In this document: positions 29,866-39,554 of the stretch, in pieces
Position numbering within the stretch: position 1 is the first letter of the stretch
Layout of the letters: the number at the start of each line of letters is the position of its first letter
Source of the DNA: an uncultured Christensenella sp.
Lineage (GTDB): Bacteria; Bacillota; Clostridia; Christensenellales; UBA3700
Assembly (NCBI GenBank): GCA_910577845.1
Contig: CAJTNA010000006.1
Coordinates: 6,625-70,624, forward strand
Reading direction: 5' to 3'
DNA: 64,000 bases
The notes under the pieces: generated by a model
The model's database searches: none
What the model saw: the letters and a program-made list of their open reading frames with translations, nothing else
Told to the model about the DNA's origin: nothing
Made by a program: the position numbers and the translations under genes

Positions 29866-32532
29866 ATGGGACTTTTTTCTAAACTATTCCCTAGTGCTAA
29901 TGATAGGGAAATTGCTAAATTGAATAAAAAGGCAGACGAAATCGATGCTTTGGAAGAAGAATATAAGGCTTTAAGTGAAGAAGCACTTAAGGCAAAAACT
30001 GCAATATTTAAACAAAGGCTTGCAGATGGCGAAAGCTTAGAGGATATATTGGTAGAGGCATATGCCACTGTGCGTGAAGCAAGTGATAGAGTGCTTGGTT
30101 TGAGACATTTTCACGTTCAATTAATGGGTGGTATAGCTCTGCACCAAGGACGTATTGCACAAATGGCTACTGGTGAGGGTAAAACTTTAGTTGCAACATT
30201 GCCAGCCTATTTGAATGCTTTATCTGGTGAGGGTATGCATATTGTAACGGTAAATGACTACTTGGCAAAGCGTGATGCGGAGTGGATGGGTAAAGTTTAC
30301 AAATATTTGGGTTTGACAGTTGGTGTTGTCGTACCTCAAATGAGTAATGAGGATAAACAAGTTGCATATGCTCAAGATATAGTTTATGCTACAAATAACG
30401 AGTTAGGCTTTGACTACTTAAGAGATAATATGATTGTTCAAATTGGCCAAAAGATGCAAAGGAAACTTAACTTTGCAATTGTGGATGAGGTTGATAGTAT
30501 TTTGATAGACGAGGCAAGAACTCCACTTATTATCAGCGGTATGGGTGAAAAATCTAGTGATACTTATACTAGAGCAAATGCTTTTGCAAAGAGCTTGACT
30601 GAGGATGATTATATTGTTGAAGAAAAAGAGAAAACAGTTAGATTATCTGATGATGGTGTTGCTAAAGCGGAAAGATTTTTTGGTTTGGAAAACTATGCGG
30701 ATATTGAAAACCAAGACTTGGCACATCACGTTAACAATGCTTTGCGTGCAAATATAATAATGAAAAGAGATGTTGACTATGTTGTAAAAGACGGTGAGGT
30801 TATCATTGTTGATGAGTTTACTGGTAGATTGATGGAGGGTAGACGTTATAGCGAGGGGTTACATCAAGCAATTGAGGCAAAGGAAAAAGTTGCTATTAAG
30901 GCAGAGTCAAAAACTTTGGCTACTATTACTTTTCAAAATTTCTTTAGATTGTACAAGAAACTTTCTGGTATGACTGGTACAGCTAAAACTGAAGAAAAAG
31001 AGTTTAATGATATTTATAATCTTGATGTAGTTGTTTTGCCTACAAATAGACCAATTCAAAGAGTGGATGAAAATGATAAACTATACACTACAAAAAGAGG
31101 CAAAATAAGGGCTTTGGTTTCTGACATTGCAGAACACCACAAGACAGGTCAGCCTATTTTGGTTGGCACATCTAATGTAGAGGATTCTGAGGAGTTGTCA
31201 AAAATATTAAAAGCAAATAAAATTGCTCACAACGTACTTAATGCCAAAAATCATAAGAGTGAGGCGGAAATTATTGCTCAAGCTGGTAAAATTGGTGCAG
31301 TGACAATTGCAACAAATATGGCTGGACGTGGTACAGATATTATGCTTGGCGGTAATGCTGAATATCTTGCAAAAGAGAGAATGGAAAAGAACGGCTATAG
31401 TGATGAAATTATTGCTGAGGCTACCTCTTATGCAATACTTACTGACCCAGAGATAATTAAGGCTAGGGAAGATTATCTAAGGTATTATGAGCAATTTAAA
31501 CAAGTAACTGATAAGGAAAAAGAGGAAGTAAAAGCTTTGGGCGGTTTGAGGATTGTTGGCACTTGTCGTAATGATAGCAGACGTATTGATGACCAATTGC
31601 GTGGTAGAAGTGGTAGACAAGGTGACCCTGGTTCAAGCGTATTCTATTTGAGTATGGAAGATGATATGCTTAGGGTATTTGGTGGCGAAACAATGCAGAA
31701 TATTGCTAACAAATTCAGCTTTGACGAAGACCAAGTTATTGAGCTTAACTTGCTTACAAAACAAATTGAATATGCTCAATCAAGGATAGAGAGCAGAGAT
31801 TTCAGTATTCGTAAAAGCGTGCTAGCTTATGATGATGTTATGAATGTACAACGTAACTTGATTTATGAGCAACGTAATAAGGTACTTGATGGTCTTGATA
31901 TGACTAATCAAATAGAAAAAATGATAATTGAGCAAGTAGAAATTGTGTGCAATAATTATATTGATATGACAGTTGGATATATGTCTTGGGACTATGAGGG
32001 CTTTAACAACGCCTTAGAGCAAAGAGTACTTGCTGACGGCACAAATATTATCACTGCCGAGGTATGTTCAGTATATAATGCAGTTAAAATAAGAGATGCA
32101 ATTCTTGATGAAGTATTCCGTCAATATGATGCAAAAGTTGCAGAGGCAAAAGAAAATGGCTTTGACTTTACTGAGGTAGAAAGAGTTGTATTGCTTAGAA
32201 ATGTTGATTCAAAATGGATGGACCACATTGATAGCTTGCATAGATTGAGAAAAGGTATTGGACTTATGGCATATGGTCAAAAAGACCCAGTTATCGCATA
32301 CAAGAATAACGCAATCGATATGTTTGATGAAATGATTGATGCTATTAATCGTGATACTGTAACCACACTTTGTAAAGGTGTTTTACGTGCTAATGTGGAA
32401 CGTAAAAAAGTAGCAGAGGAATCTAGTACAAACCAAAATTCTACAATTGTAAACAAAGAAAAAAAAGTTGGTAGAAATGACCCTTGCCCTTGTGGGTCTG
32501 GAAGAAAATACAAAAATTGTTGCGGTAAATAA
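29866..32532 (+). CDS. secA: preprotein translocase ATPase SecA
   Basis: I prefer the internal ATG at 29866 (MGLFSKLFPS..., the canonical SecA N-terminus). The tracked start at 29794 adds 24 hydrophobic residues. Has DEAD-like DEVDSILIDEARTPLII and a C-terminal zinc finger CPCGSGRKYKNCCG. Confidence 0.93.
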   Translation: MGLFSKLFPSANDREIAKLNKKADEIDALEEEYKALSEEALKAKTAIFKQRLADGESLEDILVEAYATVREASDRVLGLRHFHVQLMGGIALHQGRIAQMATGEGKTLVATLPAYLNALSGEGMHIVTVNDYLAKRDAEWMGKVYKYLGLTVGVVVPQMSNEDKQVAYAQDIVYATNNELGFDYLRDNMIVQIGQKMQRKLNFAIVDEVDSILIDEARTPLIISGMGEKSSDTYTRANAFAKSLTEDDYIVEEKEKTVRLSDDGVAKAERFFGLENYADIENQDLAHHVNNALRANIIMKRDVDYVVKDGEVIIVDEFTGRLMEGRRYSEGLHQAIEAKEKVAIKAESKTLATITFQNFFRLYKKLSGMTGTAKTEEKEFNDIYNLDVVVLPTNRPIQRVDENDKLYTTKRGKIRALVSDIAEHHKTGQPILVGTSNVEDSEELSKILKANKIAHNVLNAKNHKSEAEIIAQAGKIGAVTIATNMAGRGTDIMLGGNAEYLAKERMEKNGYSDEIIAEATSYAILTDPEIIKAREDYLRYYEQFKQVTDKEKEEVKALGGLRIVGTCRNDSRRIDDQLRGRSGRQGDPGSSVFYLSMEDDMLRVFGGETMQNIANKFSFDEDQVIELNLLTKQIEYAQSRIESRDFSIRKSVLAYDDVMNVQRNLIYEQRNKVLDGLDMTNQIEKMIIEQVEIVCNNYIDMTVGYMSWDYEGFNNALEQRVLADGTNIITAEVCSVYNAVKIRDAILDEVFRQYDAKVAEAKENGFDFTEVERVVLLRNVDSKWMDHIDSLHRLRKGIGLMAYGQKDPVIAYKNNAIDMFDEMIDAINRDTVTTLCKGVLRANVERKKVAEESSTNQNSTIVNKEKKVGRNDPCPCGSGRKYKNCCGK

Positions 32533-32797
32533 TAAATTGATTTGTAGTTAGTTGTAGTTGTGAAAGATAGGCTAATCGCAAAAAGTAATGTTGTGACTTA
32601 AAGATATCATTGGATTATAAAATGTTATCTAATAAAGTTTAGCATAAAAAATGTAGGGGAAATTGTATAAATTTAATTGATTACCCAGTGATATAGTTTT
32701 GAAAGTCTTTTGAAAAGGCTTATATTGCAGAATATAAAATTATGTAAAGATTTTATTAACTTGCAAAAAATATATTGACAAAAACAAATAAAAAACC

Positions 32798-32816
32798 ATC
32801 AAAAATCGGGACTAAA
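32798..32816 (+). repeat. copy of the recurrent motif upstream of prfB
   Basis: ATCAAAAATCGGGACTAAA, ending 46 nt before the prfB ATG and preceded by AATAAAAAACC. Confidence 0.7.
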
Positions 32817-32862
32817 GTTGATTTGTTGATTAAATAATCAAATCTAAACAAGGAATAAAAAT

Positions 32863-33960
32863 ATGATTATATTGGAAGAAACTAAACAAGAGCTTCAAAA
32901 AGTTAAGGAAATGCTTATAGGTGTAGGCAATGCACTTGATTTGGAAAAGTTGAATAACAGAAAGGCAGAACTTGAGCAAATGCAAAATGAGCCAGACTTT
33001 TGGAATGATATGCAAAAGGCACAAGTTGTAAATAAGGAATGTAAGAGCATTGAAAATAAACTTAACAAATACAATAGTTTAATGTCAGGATTAGAGGACA
33101 CTGACTTGCTTATTGATATGTGCTTGGAAATAGGTGATGATAGCGAGAGTGAAGATATCCTTAGTGAAATGAAAAGACTTTCTCACGAGATAGAACAATT
33201 AAGATTGCAAACATTGCTTAAAGGTAAGTATGATGCAAATAATGCGATATTGACTTTGCACGCTGGTGCGGGTGGTACTGAGGCTCAAGACTGGGCGAGT
33301 ATGCTTTATAGAATGTACTTGAGATATGCTGAACGTGAGGGGTTTGCGGTAAAGGAATTGGATAGACTTGATGGTGATGAGGCTGGCATAAAAACAGTAA
33401 CTTTTATGGTTTCGGGTGAAAATGCTTATGGCTATCTTAAAGCTGAAAAAGGCGTACATCGTCTTGTTAGAATATCACCATTTGACTCTCAAAGCAGAAG
33501 ACATACAAGCTTTTCTTCACTTGAGGTTATGCCAGAAATTGAAAATGACAATTCCATTACTATTAATATGGATGAGGTTAGAGTTGATACTTATCGTAGT
33601 GGTGGTGCGGGTGGTCAGCACGTTAACAAAACAGATTCTGCTGTGCGTATGACGCATATTCCAACTGGTATTGTAGTACAATGCCAAAATGAGCGTAGCC
33701 AAATACAAAACAGAGAACAAGCTTTGAAAATGCTAAAGAGTAAACTAATTGAGCGTCAAGAGCAAGAAAGAATGGAAAAAGATTTGGAACTTAAGGGAGA
33801 TTTGAAAAAGATTGAATGGGGTTCACAAATTAGGTCATATGTTTTCTGCCCTTATACAATGGTAAAAGACCATAGAACAAATTACGAAACTGGCAATATT
33901 TCAGCCGTTATGGATGGTGAGATTGAGGAGTTTATTGAGGAATATCTTAAAAAGATGTAA
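32863..33960 (+). CDS. prfB: peptide chain release factor 2, contiguous ORF without a programmed +1 frameshift
   Basis: 365 aa. SPF tripeptide (ISPFDSQ) and the GGQ motif (RSGGAGGQHVNKTDSAVR). The N-terminal region is continuous through the position where frameshifting prfB genes carry an in-frame TGA. Confidence 0.9.
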   Translation: MIILEETKQELQKVKEMLIGVGNALDLEKLNNRKAELEQMQNEPDFWNDMQKAQVVNKECKSIENKLNKYNSLMSGLEDTDLLIDMCLEIGDDSESEDILSEMKRLSHEIEQLRLQTLLKGKYDANNAILTLHAGAGGTEAQDWASMLYRMYLRYAEREGFAVKELDRLDGDEAGIKTVTFMVSGENAYGYLKAEKGVHRLVRISPFDSQSRRHTSFSSLEVMPEIENDNSITINMDEVRVDTYRSGGAGGQHVNKTDSAVRMTHIPTGIVVQCQNERSQIQNREQALKMLKSKLIERQEQERMEKDLELKGDLKKIEWGSQIRSYVFCPYTMVKDHRTNYETGNISAVMDGEIEEFIEEYLKKM

Positions 33961-34457
33961 TTTGTAAACATTAAACTAACTATTTTTTTAGCATTAATAG
34001 AATGTCAATTATGGTAAAATAATGCTACTAAAATTGTAATTAGTAAAAATAACAATAATAGTAAGGTGTATTTTGATATTGGGAAATTTTATGTGACCAG
34101 TAGTGCCAATATATTGTTCAATTCATGATTGTTATGCTCTAGTTTAAATATCCAAAACATTTATCACATACAAGTATAGATATGTAAATCTATTTATATT
34201 ATACAAATTCAGCTTTATTAAAATTTTATGAGTTTTAATAAAAAGCATATTAAAACTATATTAGTATGCAAAGTGGTTTTAAAAGATTGATAGTTATAAT
34301 TGTATCTAATAAATATCAAACTGCTTAATTATGTTTAAATTGGGTCTGTTTTAAAAATTATTTATTTGAGATTTTACTATATTTTGAATAATGAAAGAAT
34401 AAAACAATAAGTAGTTATTAAGTTTGGAATATTAATAGAGTTTTTTAATAAAAAACT

Positions 34458-34476
34458 ATCAAAAATCGGTACTAAA
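34458..34476 (+). repeat. consensus copy of the recurrent motif upstream of tsaD
   Basis: ATCAAAAATCGGTACTAAA, ending 32 nt before the tsaD ATG and preceded by AATAAAAAACT. Confidence 0.7.
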
Positions 34477-34508
34477 AATAATAAATGCAGATAAATTAAG
34501 GAAAAAAT

Positions 34509-35570
34509 ATGTCATATTTAGAATCAGCAAATGAAAAATTGGAAGAACTTAGGAAGCGTGGTGACATTGTCATTTTGGCGATAGAATCTTCTTGTGATGA
34601 AACTGCTTGTGCGATAATGCGTGGTAAGCAATTGCTTGCAAATGTTGTTGCAACCCAAATTGAAATACATAGGCGATTTGGTGGTGTTGTGCCAGAGATT
34701 GCGTCAAGGAATCATACTTTAGCGGTGGAAAATGTTGTTAAAGAGGCATTGGCTCAAGCTAATATGACTATGGAGGATATTGAGGTCATAGGCGTTACTT
34801 ATGGTGCTGGACTTTTGGGTGCTTTGCTTGTTGGCGTAAGTTATGCAAAAAGTTTAGCGTACTGCCTTGGTAAACCTCTTATTGCGGTAAATCATATTAA
34901 GGGGCATATTGCTGCAAATTATATTGCATATCCAGATTTAAAACCACCTTATTTGTGTTTAATAGCAAGCGGTGGTCATACTGCTATCTGTAATGTTGAG
35001 GATATAAATTCTGTGGAGATAATTGGTAGCACTGTTGATGATGCTTGCGGTGAGGCGTTTGATAAAGTAGCAAGATGTTTAGGGCTTCCGTATCCTGGTG
35101 GAGTGGAGATAGAAAAATTGGCTACTAGTGGTGAGTGCAATATTGAAATGCCATTGCCATTTAAAGGTGAGGAACATTTTAATTTTAGCTATAGTGGACT
35201 TAAAACTGCAGTTATAAACTATATACATAATAAAGAGCAAAAAGGTGAAGAATATAATAAGGCAGATGTTGCCACAAGTTTTCAAAACAGAGCTGTTGGT
35301 ATGCTTGTGGATAATACTATTAGAGCTTGTCGTAAGTATGGATATAAGACTATAGTTATAGCTGGTGGTGTAGGTGCAAATAAATTGTTGCGTAGCAAAA
35401 TGAGTGAACAAGGCAAAAAATATAATATTCAAGTAATTTATCCGCCACTTAATTTGTGTACAGATAATGCGGCAATGATAGCAAGCGAAGCAAGAATATT
35501 GATTGAGAGTGGTGCTACTTGTGCAGACATCGACCTTGATGGCAGTGCCAATGTTAGGATAATTGATTAG
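34509..35570 (+). CDS. tsaD: tRNA N6-adenosine threonylcarbamoyltransferase
   Basis: 353 aa. ILAIESSCDETACAI N-terminus. HIKGH metal-binding motif. Kae1/TsaD family length. Confidence 0.9.
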   Translation: MSYLESANEKLEELRKRGDIVILAIESSCDETACAIMRGKQLLANVVATQIEIHRRFGGVVPEIASRNHTLAVENVVKEALAQANMTMEDIEVIGVTYGAGLLGALLVGVSYAKSLAYCLGKPLIAVNHIKGHIAANYIAYPDLKPPYLCLIASGGHTAICNVEDINSVEIIGSTVDDACGEAFDKVARCLGLPYPGGVEIEKLATSGECNIEMPLPFKGEEHFNFSYSGLKTAVINYIHNKEQKGEEYNKADVATSFQNRAVGMLVDNTIRACRKYGYKTIVIAGGVGANKLLRSKMSEQGKKYNIQVIYPPLNLCTDNAAMIASEARILIESGATCADIDLDGSANVRIID

Positions 35571-35662
35571 TGTTAATTTTGGCAAGAATACAAAAAAATT
35601 AATTAACAATATGATAGTTTAACAAAAAGTCTAAAAGTAAAATAAGTTGAGGTGTTGTAATT

Positions 35663-36724
35663 ATGTCGCAAACAGAAAAAACGACTGAAAATAAAATAAA
35701 ACCGCCTTATAAACTTATCGCAATGCTAGCAGTTTCTACATTATTGTTTGCTGTGTTTTTTGGATTATCAATTTATTCAATTGCAAAAAGCATAATAACA
35801 TCAAAGGCAAATTATGTTGTAGAGCAAGCAACTTTGGTGCGTTATGAAAAAATGGGAAATGACGCAACACTGACAGATGAGCCTAATTATCAATTGATAT
35901 ATAAATTTGTTTCAAGTGATAATGTAGTTTATGAGGGCGTTTGGAAAAATTATATAGCAAGTGAAGAATATGCTAAAAGCAAGGTTGGGGCAAAAGTCGC
36001 AATTTATGTTGAGCATAACTTGAAAGAGCATAGTGTGTATGAGGTTACTTATAAAAATTATTTGATATTTTTTGGAGTGCCAACAATCGGCTTTTTAATT
36101 TTTGCTATTGATATGATTATTAAAATTGTATTATATTATAAGTATTCTGGTTATTCAATCAATAAAGCAGATGTTAAAGAGCCAAAGAGATTGATTATTG
36201 CACATTGTATAGTGTTAGCCTTTTTTGGTATGTTTTTTACATTGTTTGCAAGTAATTTAGGTGTAACTTTAGATAGCTATAAAAGTAGAACAAATGCGAA
36301 TTTTGTTGAGGAAAAAGTTGAAATAGCATTTTATACAAGAGTTATTCAATCTCGTACTTATAAAAGAGGAGGAACTTCAACAATTGATTCTCATCAAACT
36401 TATTCAACCTATTTTGAGTATGAGTTAAATGGTAATTTATATGTCTTTAATTATGATAATGCAATCGCAAATGAAAATACTGCAAAAGAAGAAATTGGTA
36501 AACAAGTAACTATCTATGTAGATAAAGAAAGTGGTTTGATTGAAACTGATTTAAACTTTAGCAGTGAACTTTCTGGCTTTTGGATTTGTTTGGTTGCAAC
36601 ACTTGTGCTTGGTGGAATAACATTAAATTCTGTTGTGAGAATTGTGTTGTATTTTATTGAACTTAGAAAAATGGTTTTGCAAATAAAAGAACTTTCAAAT
36701 AGTGAGATAAGCAATAAAAAGTAA
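35663..36724 (+). CDS. membrane protein with two tandem TM / beta-rich domain / TM modules (DUF3592-like), paralog 1
   Basis: 353 aa. GAGGTG RBS. Two modules, each with the pattern ..A.[IL]V.YE...Y..[FY]EY...G..Y.G......E.A...IG..V.IYV.., each flanked by hydrophobic helices. Confidence 0.6.
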   Translation: MSQTEKTTENKIKPPYKLIAMLAVSTLLFAVFFGLSIYSIAKSIITSKANYVVEQATLVRYEKMGNDATLTDEPNYQLIYKFVSSDNVVYEGVWKNYIASEEYAKSKVGAKVAIYVEHNLKEHSVYEVTYKNYLIFFGVPTIGFLIFAIDMIIKIVLYYKYSGYSINKADVKEPKRLIIAHCIVLAFFGMFFTLFASNLGVTLDSYKSRTNANFVEEKVEIAFYTRVIQSRTYKRGGTSTIDSHQTYSTYFEYELNGNLYVFNYDNAIANENTAKEEIGKQVTIYVDKESGLIETDLNFSSELSGFWICLVATLVLGGITLNSVVRIVLYFIELRKMVLQIKELSNSEISNKK

Positions 36725-36884
36725 AGATATAGAGTAGATTATTTGTTGGTTAAATTTTAAAAAGTTAAATTCAAACCAAAAGTTTGCTTTAATGTAATAA
36801 AAAATGTGATATGGAAAAATTAATTAAGTAAGAGAGTGCATATTTGTTTATATGTTATTAAAAAAGCTATTTAATGAGGTAAGT

Positions 36885-37403
36885 ATGGCTGAAAAAGTGA
36901 ATGCCAAGAAAAAAATTGATACAATAATTTTATGTGTAGCCCTTGCCGTTTTTGTAATTAGTACAATTCTTGGTGGGGTATGTTGTGCAAATTACCTTAA
37001 AGAAGCTAATGCAGGATATGTGGAAGTAAAAGCTCCTATTGTAAGATATGAGGTTCAAGATGTGTTGAATAGTCATATTAAGTATGTGCTATTTTATGAG
37101 TATGTGGCAGAAGATGGCTACAAGTATACTGGTAAATTAGATGATTTTATATCCAATAAGGAGTATGCGGAAAATCAAATTGGCAGAAGCGTTACAATTT
37201 ATGTGTCAGATAAATTGCATAAGCAAAGAAGAGATTTGGATTTTAGCCCAACTACTACAATTGTATTTTTTGTTATAAGTGGCATTAGTTTAATAGTTAG
37301 TATATTTTTTATTGTGCAACTTAAGACTAATAGTCAAAACAAAAACAATAAGGAAAACTCTAGACAAAGATATAATAAAAATGCAAAGTTTAAGTATAGG
37401 TGA
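36885..37403 (+). CDS. single-module TM / beta-domain / TM membrane protein (DUF3592-like), paralog 2
   Basis: I prefer ATG 36885 (MAEKVN, GAGGT RBS) over the tracked 36852. Module: APIVRYEV..YVLFYEYVAEDGYKYTGK..EYAENQIGRSVTIYVSD. Confidence 0.55.
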   Translation: MAEKVNAKKKIDTIILCVALAVFVISTILGGVCCANYLKEANAGYVEVKAPIVRYEVQDVLNSHIKYVLFYEYVAEDGYKYTGKLDDFISNKEYAENQIGRSVTIYVSDKLHKQRRDLDFSPTTTIVFFVISGISLIVSIFFIVQLKTNSQNKNNKENSRQRYNKNAKFKYR

Positions 37404-37408
37404 TTGCA

Positions 37409-37909
37409 ATGAAAAGTAAAGTGTTACCCAAAAATTTGGTGATTATTCATTTGATACTTTTGATAATTTTTATTGTTTTTTCAATAGTGTTTTTGACTAA
37501 TTTTGTAAAGGCAGTACAATTTTATGTTTATGATAAAAATTGTGATTGGAAAGAAGAAACCGCTACAATAGTGAAATATTCAATTAATACACAAAATGGC
37601 CACGGGTATTTTTATGATTTTTCCACATTTTACGAATATATTGATGACAATGGCAAAATTTATTCTGGAATATGGGAACGTTTTGATACAGAGGCTGATG
37701 CAAAAGCGGAAATAGGTAAACAAATTACAATTTATGTTGACCACGAGCGAGGTATTCATAAAAGCTCAGCTGGTACAAATATAGGAGCTGTTTGTTTTAA
37801 TGGTATAATTGGTTTTGTCACATTGCCGTTGTTTTTATATTGTTTAATAAGATTATTGTTACATTTACTGGCTTGGTATAAAGAAAAAACTACAAGTCAA
37901 GAAGAGTAA
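37409..37909 (+). CDS. single-module TM / beta-domain / TM membrane protein (DUF3592-like), paralog 3
   Basis: I prefer ATG 37409 (MKSKVL, AGGTGA RBS 8 nt upstream) over the tracked GTG at 37400. Module: ATIVKYS..FYEYIDDNGKIYSG..AKAEIGKQITIYVDH. Confidence 0.55.
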   Translation: MKSKVLPKNLVIIHLILLIIFIVFSIVFLTNFVKAVQFYVYDKNCDWKEETATIVKYSINTQNGHGYFYDFSTFYEYIDDNGKIYSGIWERFDTEADAKAEIGKQITIYVDHERGIHKSSAGTNIGAVCFNGIIGFVTLPLFLYCLIRLLLHLLAWYKEKTTSQEE

Positions 37910-37918
37910 AGGTTATAT

Positions 37919-39064
37919 ATGAAAGATACATTATTTATAAAAGTTTTTATGGGTGCTTTCCTTGTAGCGTGTATTCTTTTAGCAGTAGGCTTTATGTATA
38001 CTGCATACCAAAATGGAAAGACAGATAGTGAAAAGAATAAAAAGAAAAAAATAATTGACTTGGATAACAGACTCACAAAAGTAATTTTAAATGGGGCTGG
38101 AGTTTTAGTGACTTTTGCATTTTGCATAGCAAGTATAGTGTTGTTTGCAATTGATTTGAATACGTATGTTGCTAATATTAATACCGATTTTCGTAAGGAA
38201 AAAGCAACTTTTGTTAGTTATCAACAAGTAGAAACGAACAATGTTTGTTACAACTTATTGTATGAATTTGTGGCGGATGATGGTACTATTTATAAAGGAC
38301 AATATCCAATTGATATAGCAAATTTTGATTATGTGGAAAGTAAGATTGGTAAAGACATAACAATATATGTTGATTATGACTCAAAAACACATTTGCTTGA
38401 TACAAATTTCACTTGCACTTATTCCTATGTCTTTGGCGGTTGTGCTGTATTGTCCTTAACATTGTTTTGCTATTTGTTATTTTGTTTTGTAAAGCTATTT
38501 AAAAAATATAGCGAAGTACCAGAAAAAGATGTTGACATTGTTTATATGGCAAGGAGTAAACGACCTGCAAATTATCTGCCTTTGCATTTGATAGTTATAA
38601 TAGTTGCTTTAATAGTGGCTATATATTGCTTAGCTTATTTTGTAAATACTAATAAAGATTTAGAGATAAATAGAAGTGGTAACTTTGTACAAGAGGAAGC
38701 TACAATAGCCTTTTATGAGAGAAAAATGGACGGCGATTTAGCGATTTTTCCAGTCTATTACGAATATGTTTCAGATGATATGACTTATATTGGTTGTTTA
38801 ATTACAAGACCAACTAACGAAGATGAGGTTCGTGCAATGCTTGGCAATAAAGTGCCAATATATATTGAACATAATTTGCAACGGCAATCTATGACTTTAG
38901 ATTTTGACACCACAAATAGTATGATATGGGCTATTTTCGGGGCAGGAGTATTAATTGCTTTAAGCGTGCTATCTTTAACAAAAATAATAATATATTGTAA
39001 AAAGTATATAAAATATTATAAACAATATAATAATATTTTGAAAAAGTATGGTTTGGGCAATTAA
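37919..39064 (+). CDS. membrane protein with two tandem TM / beta-rich domain / TM modules (DUF3592-like), paralog 4
   Basis: 381 aa. Modules: ATFVSYQ..LLYEFVADDGTIYKG..SKIGKDITIYVDY and ATIAFYE..VYYEYVSDDMTYIG..AMLGNKVPIYIEH. Confidence 0.6.
   Translation: MKDTLFIKVFMGAFLVACILLAVGFMYTAYQNGKTDSEKNKKKKIIDLDNRLTKVILNGAGVLVTFAFCIASIVLFAIDLNTYVANINTDFRKEKATFVSYQQVETNNVCYNLLYEFVADDGTIYKGQYPIDIANFDYVESKIGKDITIYVDYDSKTHLLDTNFTCTYSYVFGGCAVLSLTLFCYLLFCFVKLFKKYSEVPEKDVDIVYMARSKRPANYLPLHLIVIIVALIVAIYCLAYFVNTNKDLEINRSGNFVQEEATIAFYERKMDGDLAIFPVYYEYVSDDMTYIGCLITRPTNEDEVRAMLGNKVPIYIEHNLQRQSMTLDFDTTNSMIWAIFGAGVLIALSVLSLTKIIIYCKKYIKYYKQYNNILKKYGLGN
38178..38191 (-). repeat. partial copy of the recurrent motif (minus strand) inside paralog 4
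   Basis: The minus strand reads AAAATCGGTATTAA, identical over 14 nt to the copy at 51801-51819. Confidence 0.4.
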
Positions 39065-39130
39065 AGTTAAAGTCTAAGGAGATAGGAAAAACTTATTAAG
39101 GGAATCCACCAGTAAGTAATCAATAGAGAT

Positions 39131-39240
39131 ATTTGCAGAAAACTGATTTTAATGCAACTTTTGCTTAACTGATTAGTTTATAAAAAGCGTTAGCTTTTGG
39201 TTTAACTTGAGTTTTATCAAATTTAAGGACAAATAATTAA
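39131..39240 (+). repeat. ~110-nt intergenic repeat, copy A (upstream of the str operon)
   Basis: ATTTGCAGAAAACTGATTTTAATGCAA...AAAAGCGTTAGCTTTTGGTTTAACTTGAGTTTTATCAAATTTAAGGACAAATAATTAA aligns with 44457-44565. Confidence 0.65.
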
Positions 39241-39315
39241 ACTATTGTAAGTTGACTTGACATAAACTATAAATTATATTTTAAATGTTAATAGTTAAAT
39301 TATAGTAATTACTTG

Positions 39316-39424
39316 GCAAATTGTGAAATTATTGCATTTGTTTAAATATCTGCCACAATGTAATTTAAAGTACAAGTATTGTTTTGCTGATGAGGGGATA
39401 TATCATTCCGTATGTAAGAAATAA
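39316..39424 (+). pseudogene. decayed relic of an scfB-like radical SAM gene (CX3CX2C region only)
   Basis: About 110 nt align, at roughly 80-85 percent by eye with small indels, to scfB nt 4866-4980. Translation ..LPQCNLKYKYCFADEGIYHSVCKK-stop compares with scfB ..CHDCNLRCKYCFADEGTYHSVCKEY. Two of the Cys-motif positions are lost. Confidence 0.7.
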
Positions 39425-39439
39425 AAGTCTTTGTGAATT

Positions 39440-39479
39440 TTGTTATTAGCCATAAATCGACTAATAACAAAAGTTTTTT
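39440..39479 (+). terminator. rho-independent terminator
   Basis: Perfect 10-bp stem TTGTTATTAG / CTAATAACAA, 11-nt loop, then AAGTTTTTT. Confidence 0.7.
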
Positions 39480-39518
39480 CCATTAATTATTATAAATATA
39501 AAAAATTGTTTAAAATGT

Positions 39519-39547
39519 TTGACAATTATAATGATATTTGTTAGAAT
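39519..39547 (+). promoter_or_regulatory. near-consensus extended -10 sigma-A promoter of the str operon
   Basis: TTGACA (39519-39524), 17-nt spacer ending in TGT, TAGAAT (39542-39547). Confidence 0.65.
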
Positions 39548-39554
39548 ATCAAAT

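Noticed and set aside
32863-32960. Looked for the programmed +1 frameshift site (CTT TGA C after an internal SD) that is typical of prfB.
   Set aside because: The ORF is continuous from its ATG through the region homologous to the frameshift site (..LIGVGNALDLEKL..). No in-frame TGA is present, so this prfB appears to lack the frameshift, as many bacteria do.
25157-34476. Tried to explain the recurrent AAAATCGGTACT motif as a known box: CcpA cre, CodY box, Spo0A box, the sigma-D -10 (GCCGATAT, on the reverse complement), or a CRISPR or tandem repeat.
   Set aside because: The motif is not palindromic around its CG, as cre would be. It aligns poorly to AATTTTCWGAAAATT. The reverse-complement ACCGATTT lacks a TAAA -35 at the right spacing and would point away from the genes. 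The copies are kilobases apart with no spacer-repeat architecture.
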